64,000 bases of DNA. Source: Raja brachyura. Lineage: Eukaryota. Below are positions 1 to 13,572 of the stretch, one piece after another. The DNA is taken from NCBI GenBank assembly GCA_963514005.1, contig OY740790.1:63488001-63552000 (forward strand). Direction: 5' to 3'. The notes under the pieces are model-generated. The model searched no databases. It was given only the letters and a program-made list of their open reading frames with translations, and was not told the origin of the DNA. The translations under genes were made by a program, and so were the position numbers. How positions within the stretch are numbered: the first letter of the stretch is position 1; each line of letters starts with the position of its first letter.

Positions 1-640
1 GTCCAGTCCCATCCCCAGTTCACCGATAGTCGGGCCTATTTGTGGCCTCCACAGCCAGTCCGATGTTTTTCGGGCCCTCTTGCTGGAAAGCTAGAACTCC
101 GGCGTCGGGAGAACACTCCTCAGTGGCCTGGAAATGTCTGGAGCGGCCGTTTCTTTCCTGGAGACTGCGGCACCCGAAGTCCTCAGGCCGAGCTGTTTGG
201 AGCCGACTCTGGCGATCTCGAATCCCAGGCTCCGCAGTGTTTTAAATCCAGTGCCGCCCGCGGCTGGATGCAACGCAGCCACAGCTTCTCGGACGTTGAA
301 GTCGGCGGACACAGCACTCCGGAGCTCACCGCACAGCGACCCGGTAAGGCATCGCCCGCTTCGTGTTGGTGTCCCAGCGCTGTGCCGCTGACGAAGCTGC
401 AGTCCCGGCCGGTCCCGACAGGAAACTCCGCTCCAGACCGATGGCGGGGCAAAGAAGCAGCTCAGAGGAAAGCTGCCTCTCCGACCAGGAAATAAAGTTT
501 CCCCCTTCCCCTCCCCTCACCCACCACATAAAAGACTAAAAGAGCTACAAAACAAGCACTAACTCACTAAAAATAAAAATAAAATGGTGAAAAGACTAAC
601 AGCTGCTGGCAGGGCAGCCATACTCGACGGCGCCACCTAT
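1..640 (-). mobile_element. GC-rich non-autonomous retroposon (5' part; runs off the window edge)
   Basis: On the minus strand, a T-rich tract and GGGGGAAAC are followed by a CpG-rich body, the same layout as 62311-63081. The ORFs show no recognisable domains. Confidence 0.5.
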
Positions 641-649
641 GACTATATC

Positions 650-1935
650 AATCAATAACCCGTGCCTGCCATGTCCCTTGATTCCACTAGCCCCTAGAGC
701 TTTATCTAACTCTCTCTTAAATCCATCCAGTGATTTGGCCTCCACTGCCCTCTGTGGCAGGGAATTCCACAAATTCACAACTCTCTGGGTGAAAACGTTT
801 TTTCTCACATCAGTCTTAAATGGCCTCACCTTTATTCTAAGACTGTGGCCCTTGATTCTGAACTCGCCCAACATTGGGAACATTTTTCCTGCATCTAGCT
901 TGTCCAGTCCTTTTTTAAGTTTCTATAAGATTCCCCCTCATCCTTCTAAACTCCAGTGAATACGCCTCTTTTCAATCTTTCCTCATATGACAGTCCCGCC
1001 ATCCCAGGGATCAATCTTGTGAACCTACGCTGCACTGCCTCAATCTCAAGGATGTCCTTCCTCAAATTAGGAGACCAAAACTGTACACAATACTCCAGAT
1101 GTGGTCTTACCAGAGCCCTATACAACTGCAGAAGAACGTCTCTACTCCTATACTAAAATCCTCTTGTTATGAAGGCCAACATTCCATTACCTTTCTTCAC
1201 TGCCTGCTTGTACCTGCACGCCAACTTTCAGTGGCCGGTGTACAAGGACACCCAGGTCTCACTGTACCTCCCCGATACGTAACCTAACCCCATTGAGATA
1301 ATAATCTGCCCCCTTGTTTGTCACCTAAGTGGATAACCTCACATTTATCTATATTATACTGCATCTGCCACGCATCTGCCCACTCACTCAACCTGTCCAG
1401 ATCACCCTGCAACCTCCTAAAATCCTCTTCACAGTTCACACTGCCACCCAGCTTTGTGTCATCCGCAAACTTGCTAGTGTTGCTCCTAATTCCCTCTTCC
1501 AAATCATTAATACATATGGTAAACAGTTGCGGCCCCAACACCGAGCCTTGCGGCACTCCACTCGCCACTGCCTCCCATTCTGAAAAGGACCCGTTCACTC
1601 CTACTCTTTGCTTCCTGTCTGCCAACCAATTTTTCTATCCACGTCACCACCCTACCCCCAATACCATGTGCTCTAATTTTAGTCACCAGTCTCCCATGCG
1701 GAACCTCATCAAAGGCTTTCTGAAAGTCTAGATACACTACATTCACTGGCTCCCCATCATCCATTTTACTTGTCACATCCTCAAAAAATTCCTGAAGATT
1801 CTTCAAGCATGATTTTCCTTTCATAAATCCATGCTGACTTGGACTAATCCTTTTACTGCTATCCAAATGCCTCATTATTACCTCTTTAATAATTGACCAG
1901 CATCTTTCCCACCACCGAAGTCAGGCTAACTGGTT
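650..1935 (-). mobile_element. CR1-type LINE, 5'-truncated and frameshifted (RT plus 3' end)
   Basis: Peptides QHGFMKGKSCL, VVYLDFQKAFD, SGVPQGSVLGPQLF, KFADDTKLGG, FTQRVVNLWNSLP. Confidence 0.93.
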
Positions 1936-2344
1936 CTTTAAATGAGCTTTTACCAATTTAAAGTGGAAAGGCTCAACATTTTGCATCATGAATAAATATA
2001 TATGCAAAAAGCATATTGTAACAAATAAAGTAATTTAAATTATACACAATTAATTGATATTTGGTGATACAAAACACGTCCATTGAGATGAAAGTAAATA
2101 GGCTGGCACATGCTCTTATCCCAAGAACGGAACTGGTTAATGTCTTACACATTGCAAGAATACAAATGCACAATAGGTTCACAAATTCATAAAATATAAA
2201 TATAATTAAATGAATGAATTGAGGAAAACTTAACCTGAGATCATGAGATGTCAAATGTGTCACACCTTCAATATAACTTGAAGATCACAGAAATAAATTG
2301 GGGGAAAACATTTAGGATGATAATTTTAGACACTTCATGGATTC

Positions 2345-2752
2345 ATAAGTGATATGAGCAGAATTAGGCCATTCAGCCCATCAAGTCTACTCCGCCATTC
2401 AGTCATGGCTGATCTCTCCCTCCTAATCCTATTCTCCTGCCTTCTCCCTTAACCCCCAACACCCGTACTAATCAAGAATCTATCTATATTTGCCCTAAAA
2501 ATATCTATTGACTTGGGCTCCACAGCCTGCTGTGGCAATGAATTCCACTGATTCATTACCCTTTGACTAAAGAAATTCCTCCTCATCTCCTTCCTCAAGG
2601 AATGTCCTTTGATTCCGAGGATATGACCTCTGGTTCTAGGCTCTCCCACTAGTGGATACATCCACTCTATCCAGTCCTTTCACTATTCGGTAAGTTTCAA
2701 TGAGGTTCCTCCTCATCCTTCTAAACTCCAGCAAAAAAAAGGCCCAGTGCCA
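2345..2752 (-). mobile_element. CR1-type LINE 3' fragment
   Basis: EMRRNFFSQRVMNQWNSLPQ followed by a CR1 3' UTR. Confidence 0.88.
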
Positions 2753-3950
2753 ATTAAGGCAGTAATTACTTAATTGTTGCAGTTAATCTCAAGAACAGGG
2801 ATGCATGCAAGGATTTATACTTGTCCGTTTCTAAAGGAGCATGCACGCACTTATGGGCCGAGTGTCCGTGTGATCTCGGGTTACTGGGCTGAGGGGTTAC
2901 TTGCTTCCATTTGCACAAGGCCCTGACCTGAAGAGGTGGGAACTTTGTGAAACTTAATTTTATCCTTATTGTAGCTAACCTGCATTAAAGGTGAAACAGT
3001 TTGAATGGAAGGAGATCGTTCCTGGAGGTGGTCTCACATAAACCATCTAAATGCCAGTGCAAATGCTACGCCTAGTTTGACTACTTAGATTACACCGACA
3101 GGAAACCATAATTACATATTTTCAATTCGATAATATAATAGATGCTTATTGCCAAATCCTAATACAAACACTTCAACCTAAAGTAAATGTTAGGTTCTGT
3201 TCAGTGCTGATCTTACCTGGTGGTAGTTTTAACAGCATAAATATTGCAGCTTCAGGCCCGGCTGCTTCAAAGCTTCACACCCATAATTGTTTAATTCACA
3301 ACTGCATAACGTACTTTGAAACAAAGGATAACATTCACCATGACGAGCAATTAAAGGCTCATCCTACAACTGCTGCCATCCATATTACTGAATGAATGTT
3401 AAATAATCATCCAGATCCACAATGAGACCTCAACTTGCTTGGTAATAAGGAATCAAGAATCTAAATATAACCACAGCTTGGAGGATAAAAAGCAAGTACA
3501 CAACCAGGACACACACTATCGGCACACACACACTACAGTACTGCGCGCTATGGTTCACCAGTCTTACTCGTGATGAAATTAAACCAAATTGGTTCAGAAA
3601 ATTGAACAGACTACAAAGAGAAACTATAAAAAGGGAAAGAAATTATTCAGCAGGCGGAACATCAGCCTTCATACTATAATCCCATTTCATTATTTCAATT
3701 TAATGGTCAAAGAAATTATTATTATTATTATACATTAAACCACATCCGAGTTACTTGGTCAGTTAATGCCACGGCAGCAAAACTGCTGGATTCAAGGTTA
3801 TCTATTTCTATGAACCAGCATGCATGCAACAATTACACTTGCTCTTGCAAACAAAGATGACAAAAGCGATTCTTCACAAAAGCAATTTCGTAGGTGACAA
3901 AACTCCCAAACAGTGCAATTCACACCCTCCAGCCCACAATTTGAACATCA

Positions 3951-4100
<150 letters not shown>

Positions 4101-4687
4101 TCAGAGGCGGGTGAACTACGTTACTATGGTAACCATATTCCTTACTCCACTCAGATTCTGCTTACTCCCTCAGCTAATCAATGATGTCACTTGGTCTGCC
4201 TGGACAATCGTCTGGTGCATGGTTTTTAAAAATAAAAAGGCTCCGTCTGGCGCTCACAGAACAGCAAAGCGGTCATGTAGACAGGCACTTGCAGCAGGGC
4301 AGAAATCGCAATCTGTGATTCCTTTGCTTGCCACTGGTTAACTAACTATCAACGCCCAGCTATTTCCTGCTGGCACAAGGTTAAATTCTCTGAAGACACA
4401 TGAAGTGATCGATTAATGTTGCACATTCACCACTGGTATAGAAAACAGCTGCACACAAGCGATTTACTAATTATCCTTCCCACTCCATAGGAGAGGAGAG
4501 GGGGATTTACATTTGTTATGCTGAATAATGGAAGTATTAGAATTACACGAGTAAAAATGTCAAGTGCAGCAAGAATTGGTGTATTAAGGCTGAATAATAG
4601 ACTAATCTGTAATCTAAAACAGATGAGGTGTTATATATTACAGATTATTGACACTGACTTTCCTACATTAGATAATTACATGCTTAC

Positions 4688-4825
4688 CAGCTCTTCATAA
4701 GCCATTTGGCTCTTCAGCAAGTCCACAGCCATAAAGAGCAAGCAAGCTTCTGATACTGTAATATTTTGTTCAATAGCTGCAAAAGTTCTTTCAACCAGGT
4801 ACGGTGTTCTGGTCATTCTTTGTGC
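4688..4825 (-). CDS. BTBD8: BTBD8-family coding exon 11
   Basis: ttttccag| ... CTG|gtaagc, 138 nt. Peptide AQRMTRTPYLVERTFAAIEQNITVSEACLLFMAVDLLKSQMAYEEL. Confidence 0.9.
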
Positions 4826-6194
4826 CTGGAAAATTGAGATGTAATTTTTGTCAGCATTTTGTGAAAAATATTTCATTTTTGTTTTACTTCCCCCCGGGTC
4901 CCACTTGGTCTAGTATAACAGATAAAACTAGCAGAATTTCTGAAAATGATATTCACATTCATGAGCTGGAAGAATCCATTAAATCCACCTACAGATTATA
5001 AAACTATTTCTCAGTGTCATGAAGCTTTTGTTGTGTAATTAATCAAAAGCAGCTGCAGTGCAAATTTTATTTAAACATAAGATAGACACAAAATGCTCGA
5101 GTAACTCAGCAGGACAGGCAGGCCTGTCTTGTGGAGTTACTCCAACATTTTGTGGCTATCTTCGTTTTAAACCAGCATCTGCAGTTCCTTCCTACACTAA
5201 TATTTAAACATGTAGGTTTTTGAGGCATGATAAAGGCACTGTAAATATGATGCATTTTATCAACATCAGCTACTTCTAATGAAACTTCTAAAGTCAGGAA
5301 AAAATTCAATTATTTGATATCCTTTTCCTACACTCACAACTGACCGCGAAAGGACTTTTCCTCCTAATCTCATTATCAATCATCTGAATGCATGGCTGAG
5401 TGCAGAAAGAGCCCGAAATATTTTGCACATTTTGGAGAAGTGTTTGCTTTTTGCTCATTCCTTTCAATCCAGTGTAGTGGCAGAAGATTGACAACCACTT
5501 GTATGAAAGAACCTTGGGAATGAAAGCACAGCAGAATTCAAGGCTTCAAATACCCTACCACAGAGCATTTTGACATAATGGTTAACAATCAGTTTTGCTA
5601 TAGACTTTTATTTTAATCTCCTTTAAAAAAAAAAGGTGTTTGTCGTGTCTCCTTCTAACCCACCCCCACAGCCAAATGTGTACACTTTTAAGTTTTGAAG
5701 TTGCTTGTTATTTTGCCAATTTAAAATATGTGTCAAAGCATAGCTGCTCTTGTAAGTTGAGCAGTTTGTCAGTGGGAGTCCTGCATCCATCTGTTCACTG
5801 CCAAAACATGTACATGCAAACATTCACACAAAACCAATGTGAAAGAGATCAGATCTGGCTGCCAGCAAAGCTTTTCATCCTGTGTAAACCAACTATTTGA
5901 CATTGGTTCCTGAGCTCTACCTTAATCAATGCAGTTATATGTTTTTGCATAAATTACTGTTGTGTGCATCCATATATATCTTCATTATTTGAGAAATACG
6001 AGAAAGGGCACCAAGTGTAAAGATATATATTACCAAAGACTTCCCTGGACAATAAAAAAGAAAATAAATCTCAGTGATAACTGACTTGTTTCCTCAGAAC
6101 ACCAAGCCCCATCTTGTAGCTGTCTGTATGAAACGGGCCAGAGAAAAAGCAAGCCTTTGTTGCAAATACTTGAGTGGCATAAATGAGCAGGCAA

Positions 6195-6500
6195 AATTGG
6201 TGCTGGTTCACAGGTTCAGTGACTCGGGTTCAATCCAGAACCCCAGTACTGTCTGCATGTATGACCTCCCAGTCGGTGCATAGGTTTACCCTGGGTGCTC
6301 CAGTCTCCTCCCATATCCCAACGACATGAAGGTCGGTACATTAATAGACTGCTGTAAACCCCCCCCCACCCCAATGTTTACAGATTGGTAGAATCAATGA
6401 GAATGTGGGGGAGAGTAAAATGCGCTTACTGTAGGATTTGCGCAAATGGTGTTTGAAGGACGGGATGGGCTGAATGGCCTCTCTTAGTGCTGTATAGTTG
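6195..6500 (+). mobile_element. V-SINE (HE1-like), degenerate
   Basis: tRNA-like head with B-box GGTTCAATCC, then V-domain-like GGGTGCTCCAGTCTCCTCCCATATCCCAA and a CR1-like tail. Confidence 0.7.
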
Positions 6501-8063
6501 AATGGCATTAACATCTATGGGACCATACGGAATTACACCAATCCAACAGATTTATTATCAATTTTCTCTTCCAGGAAATAATGCAGGCTTCTCCTCCTCC
6601 TAAAGTGTAATATTTCATTAAGGTCACCTAGAAATTCAGTTTAACACTTAACTCATGAGTAAGTATTAAATGTTTAATCCCCTCCCCCCCAAAAAACTGG
6701 CTTCCATTACATATCGTGAAAGCATAAATGGATTTTACATACATTAAAAATACCTTAAAATTATGCATTAAATTTGTAATTGGTAATAAATTTGTACTCC
6801 TCTGATCTTGTCTGAATCTCGACTCCATCGATCTTTAATGTGCCCAAACTCATGTTTCAATAGTACCACAGAATCATTTTTCATTCTACTAAGTTTTGGA
6901 CACAAGGCTTTTGAGAGGCTTATTATGTTATTTATTCTGAAGTCCAGGCCAAAAACACTTCTATATTTAATGGAAAATTACCATCAACATTTCCTTCATT
7001 TCTGTTATTGGCCTTGGGACAAGCAACATATCCAGAAGAATAAATAACTTTACCATAATTTTTTTGTAAGGTTAAAGATAATTTTCCCTGAGGCCAACCT
7101 TAGAACCTAGTAAACAAGAATGTCTAACACAAAATAACAGATTTGGAATTCAAACCCATCGCAATAATTACATAAATGCAGAATGAAATAGCAAAGCACA
7201 AAGACATGACTTTCATTACATGCTTCATTGCAAGCGGTTTCTCTCTTTCCCTTGCTTGAAGGATCCCAGCTGAGTGAGGCTTCCCAAACTTCTCCTTATT
7301 GCTGGTACAATGCTGCAGGAATGGAGTGGGCAAGCTCACAATTTCCCCCCTCAGATAACTACATATAGAAACATGTGGAGGTAAATCCCAGGATTGGGAA
7401 TACCAAGACGATGGGGATTTCATTTAAACAAAAAATTGTGGCCATGATGTCCCTTGATGACAAAGTAATTTTTGGCATGAACCTTGTCTTATCTTAGCTT
7501 AGCTTGGTTCTGCAGCAGTTAGGCTCAAGATTCACTCCTGCATATGGTTGGAGGAATTAATATTGGTTGGACTACAGTAATACCCAGGAAATAACATGCC
7601 TTATGAAGCACTGTCCTTTGAGATATTAGATGGCTGGCCATGTCCAATGATGCAAGCACCCATTTGTACTATTAGGAAAGCAGGGTATCATGTTAAACGC
7701 TGATATTATTTTGTCTGTTTGTGGGGCTTTGCTGTGTACTTTTCCCTACATTATTACTGCAGGTACATTTTGAAAGTACTGCAGCGGGTTTGGTACTGCC
7801 AAAAGTCATGGAAGGTTTATTTGACTTCACTACTTAACTTGGTCAGAGTCATGCAGCACCAAAACTGGCCCTTTGGCCCAACTCATACCTGCTTCAACTA
7901 CCTCCTCTAGCAGCTTGTTCCATATACTCACCGCCCTCCGAGTGACTGAAGCCAAGCAACTGGATTTGTAAAGGACAAGCGTAGTTTTCAAAATGTTTTG
8001 ATAATCCCGTTTCCTATCAATATGGAAAGTTGTTGCACGTGAAGGTGAGAAAATGGATCTTAC

Positions 8064-8246
8064 CGTCACCAGAAGGAGGAAGCTTTTATTTTTAATCACC
8101 GAAAGGAAGTTTGGCACAATGAACTTGATGCATTCATCTTGTATATTTTTTGTCAAGGAAACTGCTTGCTCTGCCCATTTCACTTCAGGGAGGCTCCACA
8201 GCAGACGGTCACTTTCCAGCAACACCGAAACTGTATTCTCCGCATT
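8064..8246 (-). CDS. BTBD8: BTBD8-family coding exon 10
   Basis: gctgcag| ... |gtaaga, 183 nt. Peptide NAENTVSVLLESDRLLWSLPEVKWAEQA...NKSFLLLVT. Confidence 0.92.
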
Positions 8247-9071
8247 CTGCAGCATTCAAGTAAAAGCACCAGTTACCTGTGTGAACTCTTAATCACAATG
8301 GGCCAAAATATTTAATTGAAATAAATTGTGACTTTCAATTCAATTTCTGTCTTTTAATGAATCCTTGGCCTTCAAATTTAGAATTTTAAAAATATAACAG
8401 AGGCATCAGCAATACCAATTTAAACAGTCTTCTTTGGGAATTAGATACGCTTTAAAATGAAGCAGGACGAGGAAGGGATTATTGATCAAGGATAATATTA
8501 CAGCTTTACAAAAGGGATGATATGACTAGAGGGGTTAAATACCTCAAGGGAGAATAATGAGAAACCCTGTCTACAATATAGGAGGCCATTCAGCCCATTA
8601 ACCAAGGCAAATTTGATTTTCACATGGAGAAGCCTGCTCAATAAAAAATACCGAACATATTTATTATATTTCTGACCAATTCCGTTTTTTGAAGTAATCA
8701 GAGTTACATTTTACATTCAGTTACAGCACCACATGGCATCAAAAATAAACTAGCTATAGTTTGCCAGGGTGACAGGAGAGACCAAGTTGTTAGTGAATGG
8801 ATGTTTCTGATTAAAGGGCAAAATGCAATAGCAGTTCCAGGAATCACTCATAAGAATATTACTTTTCTGGATGCAGAGAAAATTACTTGGATTTGTCAGA
8901 GAATACAGTTGACATTTGGAATGGTACAGCACTTGCAACATAGCAAATATAATGCAGACTTGAAGACATGGACTAATGAGAAAGGTTGGATGGACAGAAG
9001 TAATTTAATCTAGATGCTTCCTCAAGATGAAAATAATAAAACTGAGAGTGATGAGTTTTGGATAATAGGTT

Positions 9072-9562
9072 GGCAAAGGGGAGGCCATTTAAGACTGAGG
9101 TGAGAAAAAAACTTTTTCACCCAGAGAATTGTGAATTTGTGGAATTCCCTGCCACAGAGGGCAGTGGAGGCCAAGTCACTGGATGGATTTAAGAGTTAGA
9201 TAGAGCTCTAGGGGCTAGTGGAATCAAGGGATATGGGGGGGGGGGGGGGGGGGGGGGCGGAAGGCAGGCACGGGTTATTGATTGGGGACGATCAGCCATG
9301 ATTACAATGAATGGCAGTGCTGGCTCGAAACATAGAAACATAGAAATTAGGTGCAGGAGTAGGCCATTCGGCCCTTCGAGCCTGCACCGCCATTCAATAT
9401 GATCATGGCTGATCATCCAACTCAGTATCCCGTACCTGCCTTCTCTCCATACCCTCTGATCCCCTTAGCCACAAGGGCCACATCTAACTCCCTCTTGACA
9501 CATCTAACTCCCTCCCTCGAAGGGCCGAATAGCCTCCTCCTGCACCTATTTTCTATGTTTCT
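9072..9562 (+). mobile_element. CR1 3' end carrying a second CR1 3' end nested in opposite orientation (about 9329-9515)
   Basis: Host has a TTTCTATG tail at about 9550. The insert starts with ACATAGAAACATAGAAA and is flanked by CTCGAA on both sides. Confidence 0.8.
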
Positions 9563-11099
9563 AAATTAATTAAGGGGGAGAACATTTTCACTCCGATTGT
9601 TATGAATCTCTGGAGAAACAAAGAACTGCAGATGCTGGTTTATAACGCAGATAGACACAAAGTGCTGGAGTAACTCATTGGGTCAGGCAGCATCTCTGGA
9701 GTCAAAGGATTGATGACGTTTTGGGTCACCTGAAACTTCACCCACCTTTTTTCTCCAGAGCTACTGCCTGACCCGCTGAGTTCCTCCAGCACTTTGCGTG
9801 TATCGCTTTGGAATCTCTGGAGCTCTCCATGCCATGAAATGTTCAGATGTTGAGACAAAAGGCAATCAAGGGGTATAGGGATAGGGCAGGGAAGTGTGTG
9901 GTGGAGGTTTAGCTTTGATCTACTTGAATGCAGTGTAAATTAGTGGAATTATACTCCTGAATGCAGCACACATTTTGTTTGTTCAGTAATGCAAACTGAA
10001 GAAAGTGGGATAAAATAATGGAAATAGTACATCATGCATTTTCCCTGCATCTTTGAAAGTAGTTAAGAATTGCTAGAAAATACCATTGTATACGTATTGT
10101 ATAAAATACAACTATAATGTAATGTTTAGCCTTTACAAATCATTGGCTAGGTCTCAGCTAGAATATTGTTACACTTCTGAGCACTGAAATTTAGAAAAAT
10201 GTTGAGGTACCAGACAAGATGCAAAACAAGGTGACACAAAGAATGGGAGGCCAGTTATGTGGAGAGATTGGAGACATTGCAAACATTCTCCTTAGATCAG
10301 AGCAGGTGGAGCAAAGACCTAACATATTCAAAGTCATGGAGTGTTTATTACTACGAGAAGGAAGCAACTGTTCTTGACACAAACATTGTTTCTCTCCTCG
10401 CTGATGTTTGACATGCTGGATGCTTCCAGCATTCCTTGATGTTCCTCTCATAAGTGGAGCAGTAACCATAGACATTAAAAAAAAGGCAAAATAACCAGAG
10501 GGAAACAAGTAGTGTTCAGCTCCGGAAATTACTACCTCAAACAAAATTTCATAGCAACTTTCAAAAGGAAATTACATGTATTTGGAGAAGATTAGTTTGC
10601 AGGGTGTTGTAAAACAGCTAGGATGGAGTGCTAAACTGAACCATTCTTTCAAATAGCTCCTCTGCTGAATGCTGCCCTTCAACTTGATGATATTCCACAA
10701 TAGCCTCCAACTTTCCTCCCCGAACAAGATTTTTTTTTTAAATAAGGAACATTTCGCTTCACATTCAATTCAACTTGTTTTTCACTCTAAAGATCATCCT
10801 TAATTCCCCCCACTGTGCATCCCATCCACCAAACCAATCTGCCAGAGATTCAGCAGCTACTGATTGCTGAGTGTGCTAGATAGTCTGATTACTGTAACAA
10901 GCCAATAACAAGATCAGATAATAAATCTTCACAGAATTTCCCCATCAGTTATGCCTTGCTAGCTATAAATGTTTTTTTTAACATTGGGAATTCAAGGAAC
11001 AAATACTATTCACTGATATTTAAGTTATTTTAGGAAATAATGGATTTAAGCACTTGCTGTGCAATCAGATCCATTGATATTTGCTTTCATTGTAATCAA

Positions 11100-11810
11100 C
11101 CGTCTGTATGCTGAGTAAAACCTCTATCTTATCACATCCTACTTTACAATTGACCAAGCTAAACTGATTCAAGCTCGATCCTATACTTTTACTTATACTT
11201 ATCTCATGCCTCCTTTTTCCTGATCAGGGCCTTAATTTCTCTCATCATCCAGGCTTCCTTACTTCCACCTGCCTTGCCCTTCATGCTAATAAACATGTAC
11301 TATGTCCTGAACACTCCTCGCAGCTTTAAAAGGACCCCATGTTCCAGACATTCCTTTGCCCACAAACAGCCTACTTCAATCAATTTTAGCAAGTTCCTGT
11401 CCAAAACCAAATTTAGCCTGGCCCCAATTTTAAGTTCTGGGCGTGCCCCATCTTTATCCATAACTATTTGAAAGCAAATAGAACTGAGGTTGCTGGTCCA
11501 AAAAGGCACACTCACTGATATTTAAGTCACTTAATCCTTCCCAATTTCAAACATTGTCCTTTCCATTGTAGGGTCCTCGATATATTTCCCGAGTAAACTT
11601 TCTCCAAATACATTTGACATATTCCACCGCATCGAAGGCCTTGGTACTGTGACAGCCCAGGTCTATAATGGGAAAGTTAAAATCCCCTACTATGACGACC
11701 CTGTTAGCCTTGCAGCTGCTGCAATCTCCTGGCATATTTGCTCTTTTAATTCCTGTTGACTATTTGGGGGCCAACAGTACACTCCCACCAAGATCACAGC
11801 CCCTTTTTAT
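11100..11810 (-). mobile_element. Old CR1 ORF2 fragment (endonuclease region)
   Basis: Peptide RVVIVGDFNFPIID, an APE endonuclease motif; heavily degenerate. Confidence 0.7.
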
Positions 11811-12206
11811 TTTTCACCTGAAAAACCCACATAACTATAAGATAAGCTGATTTTTTTAAAGTGGAGCAACTCATCGAGTCGGGCAGCATCTCTGAAGAAC
11901 ATGGATAGATGACGATTTGGATCAGGACCCTTCCTCAGACTCAAATCTGAATTTGAGTCCAAGGGTCCCAATTTGAAATGTCAGCCATCCATGCTCTCCA
12001 GAGATGCTGCCTGACTCGTTGAGTTACTCTAGCACTTTTTGTCTTTTTTAAAAACAGGTTATTTTATAGTTATGTGGGTTTCAGGTGACTAGATGGAACT
12101 CCGTTTTCAAACATCTCCATTCTAAAATAATGATGTCGCTATAAGCAGCTTTTTAAATTATCCGTTCAGACATAAAATTAAAAAATTGTTAACGAATGTG
12201 ACTTAC

Positions 12207-12309
12207 TAACGAATGGACCACAGCGACATAACAAGCTTTCTGTAATTCTACTGGAAGGCAAGAAAATTCTTTTCCAGACCAACATTTCACAAAATATTTG
12301 GTAATCCAT
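12207..12309 (-). CDS. BTBD8: BTBD8-family coding exon 9
   Basis: ttgttttgcag| ... |gtaagt, 103 nt, following an 86-nt intron. Peptide WITKYFVKCWSGKEFSCLPVELQKACYVAVVHSL. Confidence 0.92.
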
Positions 12310-12395
12310 CTGCAAAACAATAAAAGAGAATTTTGGAATAGATTCATTTTCAAAAAGGTTCCAGCAGTTTCACACCACAATTTAAATCATCTTAC

Positions 12396-12484
12396 CTCAT
12401 GCAAGAGTTGTACAGAGCATCAATTCCAACAGAGTGAGATATTTGCAGACATTCCACTATCGACTGCTGCATGCCAATAACAGG
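12396..12484 (-). CDS. BTBD8: BTBD8-family coding exon 8
   Basis: ttcatttacag| ... GAG|gtaaga, 89 nt. Peptide PVIGMQQSIVECLQISHSVGIDALYNSCMR. Confidence 0.92.
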
Positions 12485-13572
12485 CTGTAAATGAAAATAA
12501 AACCAAATTGGAAAGGGGGCAAATTTAAACTGTTTCATGTATTAAATCTCTGTAATTAGCGTATTTACATTTCAGAAAATCCCAGAGAGACCACAATAAT
12601 TCATTAGCACTTATATGTGGCTCCTCTGACTGTTGCAAATGAAGGTTATATTCAATTTATTTTGGCAAAAATATCATCCCAGGTCTCAAACCCACACTAT
12701 TGAATCCCCAGAAATACATGCAGACACATTCCATGAATACACTTCAATCTCAGCTGTTGCTAAAATAAATCACAACCGTGACAACAGAGAAGTGGAAACT
12801 TTAAAAACCCTGCAAATCTCGGAGGTGGGTTGTATACAGAATCGTCATTCCTCATAAATATAGAACATATAACAACACAGCACAGAAACAAGCCCTTTAA
12901 CCCATCATGCCTGTGCCATCCACAATGTTAATCTACACTAATCCCATCTGCTTGCACGGTCGTGGAGCTGAACAGAATGGAAAAAGGCCATTCAGCACAA
13001 CCAAGCCTAGTCCACTTGTCGGCACCTGCCCCTTATTCATCCAAACCATTCTTATCCATGTACCCATCAAAGTGGCTTTAAAATGTTGCAATTATTCCCA
13101 CCTCAACTACTTCCTCTGGCAGCTTGTTCCATGTATGCACCACACCCTTTGTGAAAAAGGTTGCTCCTCGGGTCTTAAATCTTTCCCCTTTCACTTTTAG
13201 ACTCCCCCACCCTGGGGAAAGGACTGTAGTTATTCACTTTATCTATGCTTTTAAAAGATTTTATAAACCTTAAGATCACTCCTCAACCTCCAACCCTTCA
13301 GGGAAAGAATACCTCTCCTAGCCAGCCTCCCCTTGTAACTCAAACACTCTAAATCCATTCACATCCTCAGCACAAAAGAGGCTGATGACATTTGGGAACA
13401 AATTCTGAAGGCCAAGAGCGTAACTTTAGTAGACAAGACAGTCAGGAGCAGGACAAAGAGAGAGGACAGATCAGTGATTTAAACGGCCTTCATTTCAATG
13501 CAAGAGGCTTAACAGGCAAGGTGGATGAACTCGGAATGGATTAGCCCAGGAGATTGGAATACTACCGTCATA

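Noticed and set aside
40-529. Overlapping GC-rich ORFs of up to 151 aa
   Set aside because: No domain or splice structure. They lie in a GC-rich repeat where stop codons are naturally rare.
12310-12395. 86-nt intron among multi-kb introns
   Set aside because: A canonical GT-AG minimal intron, common in vertebrates.
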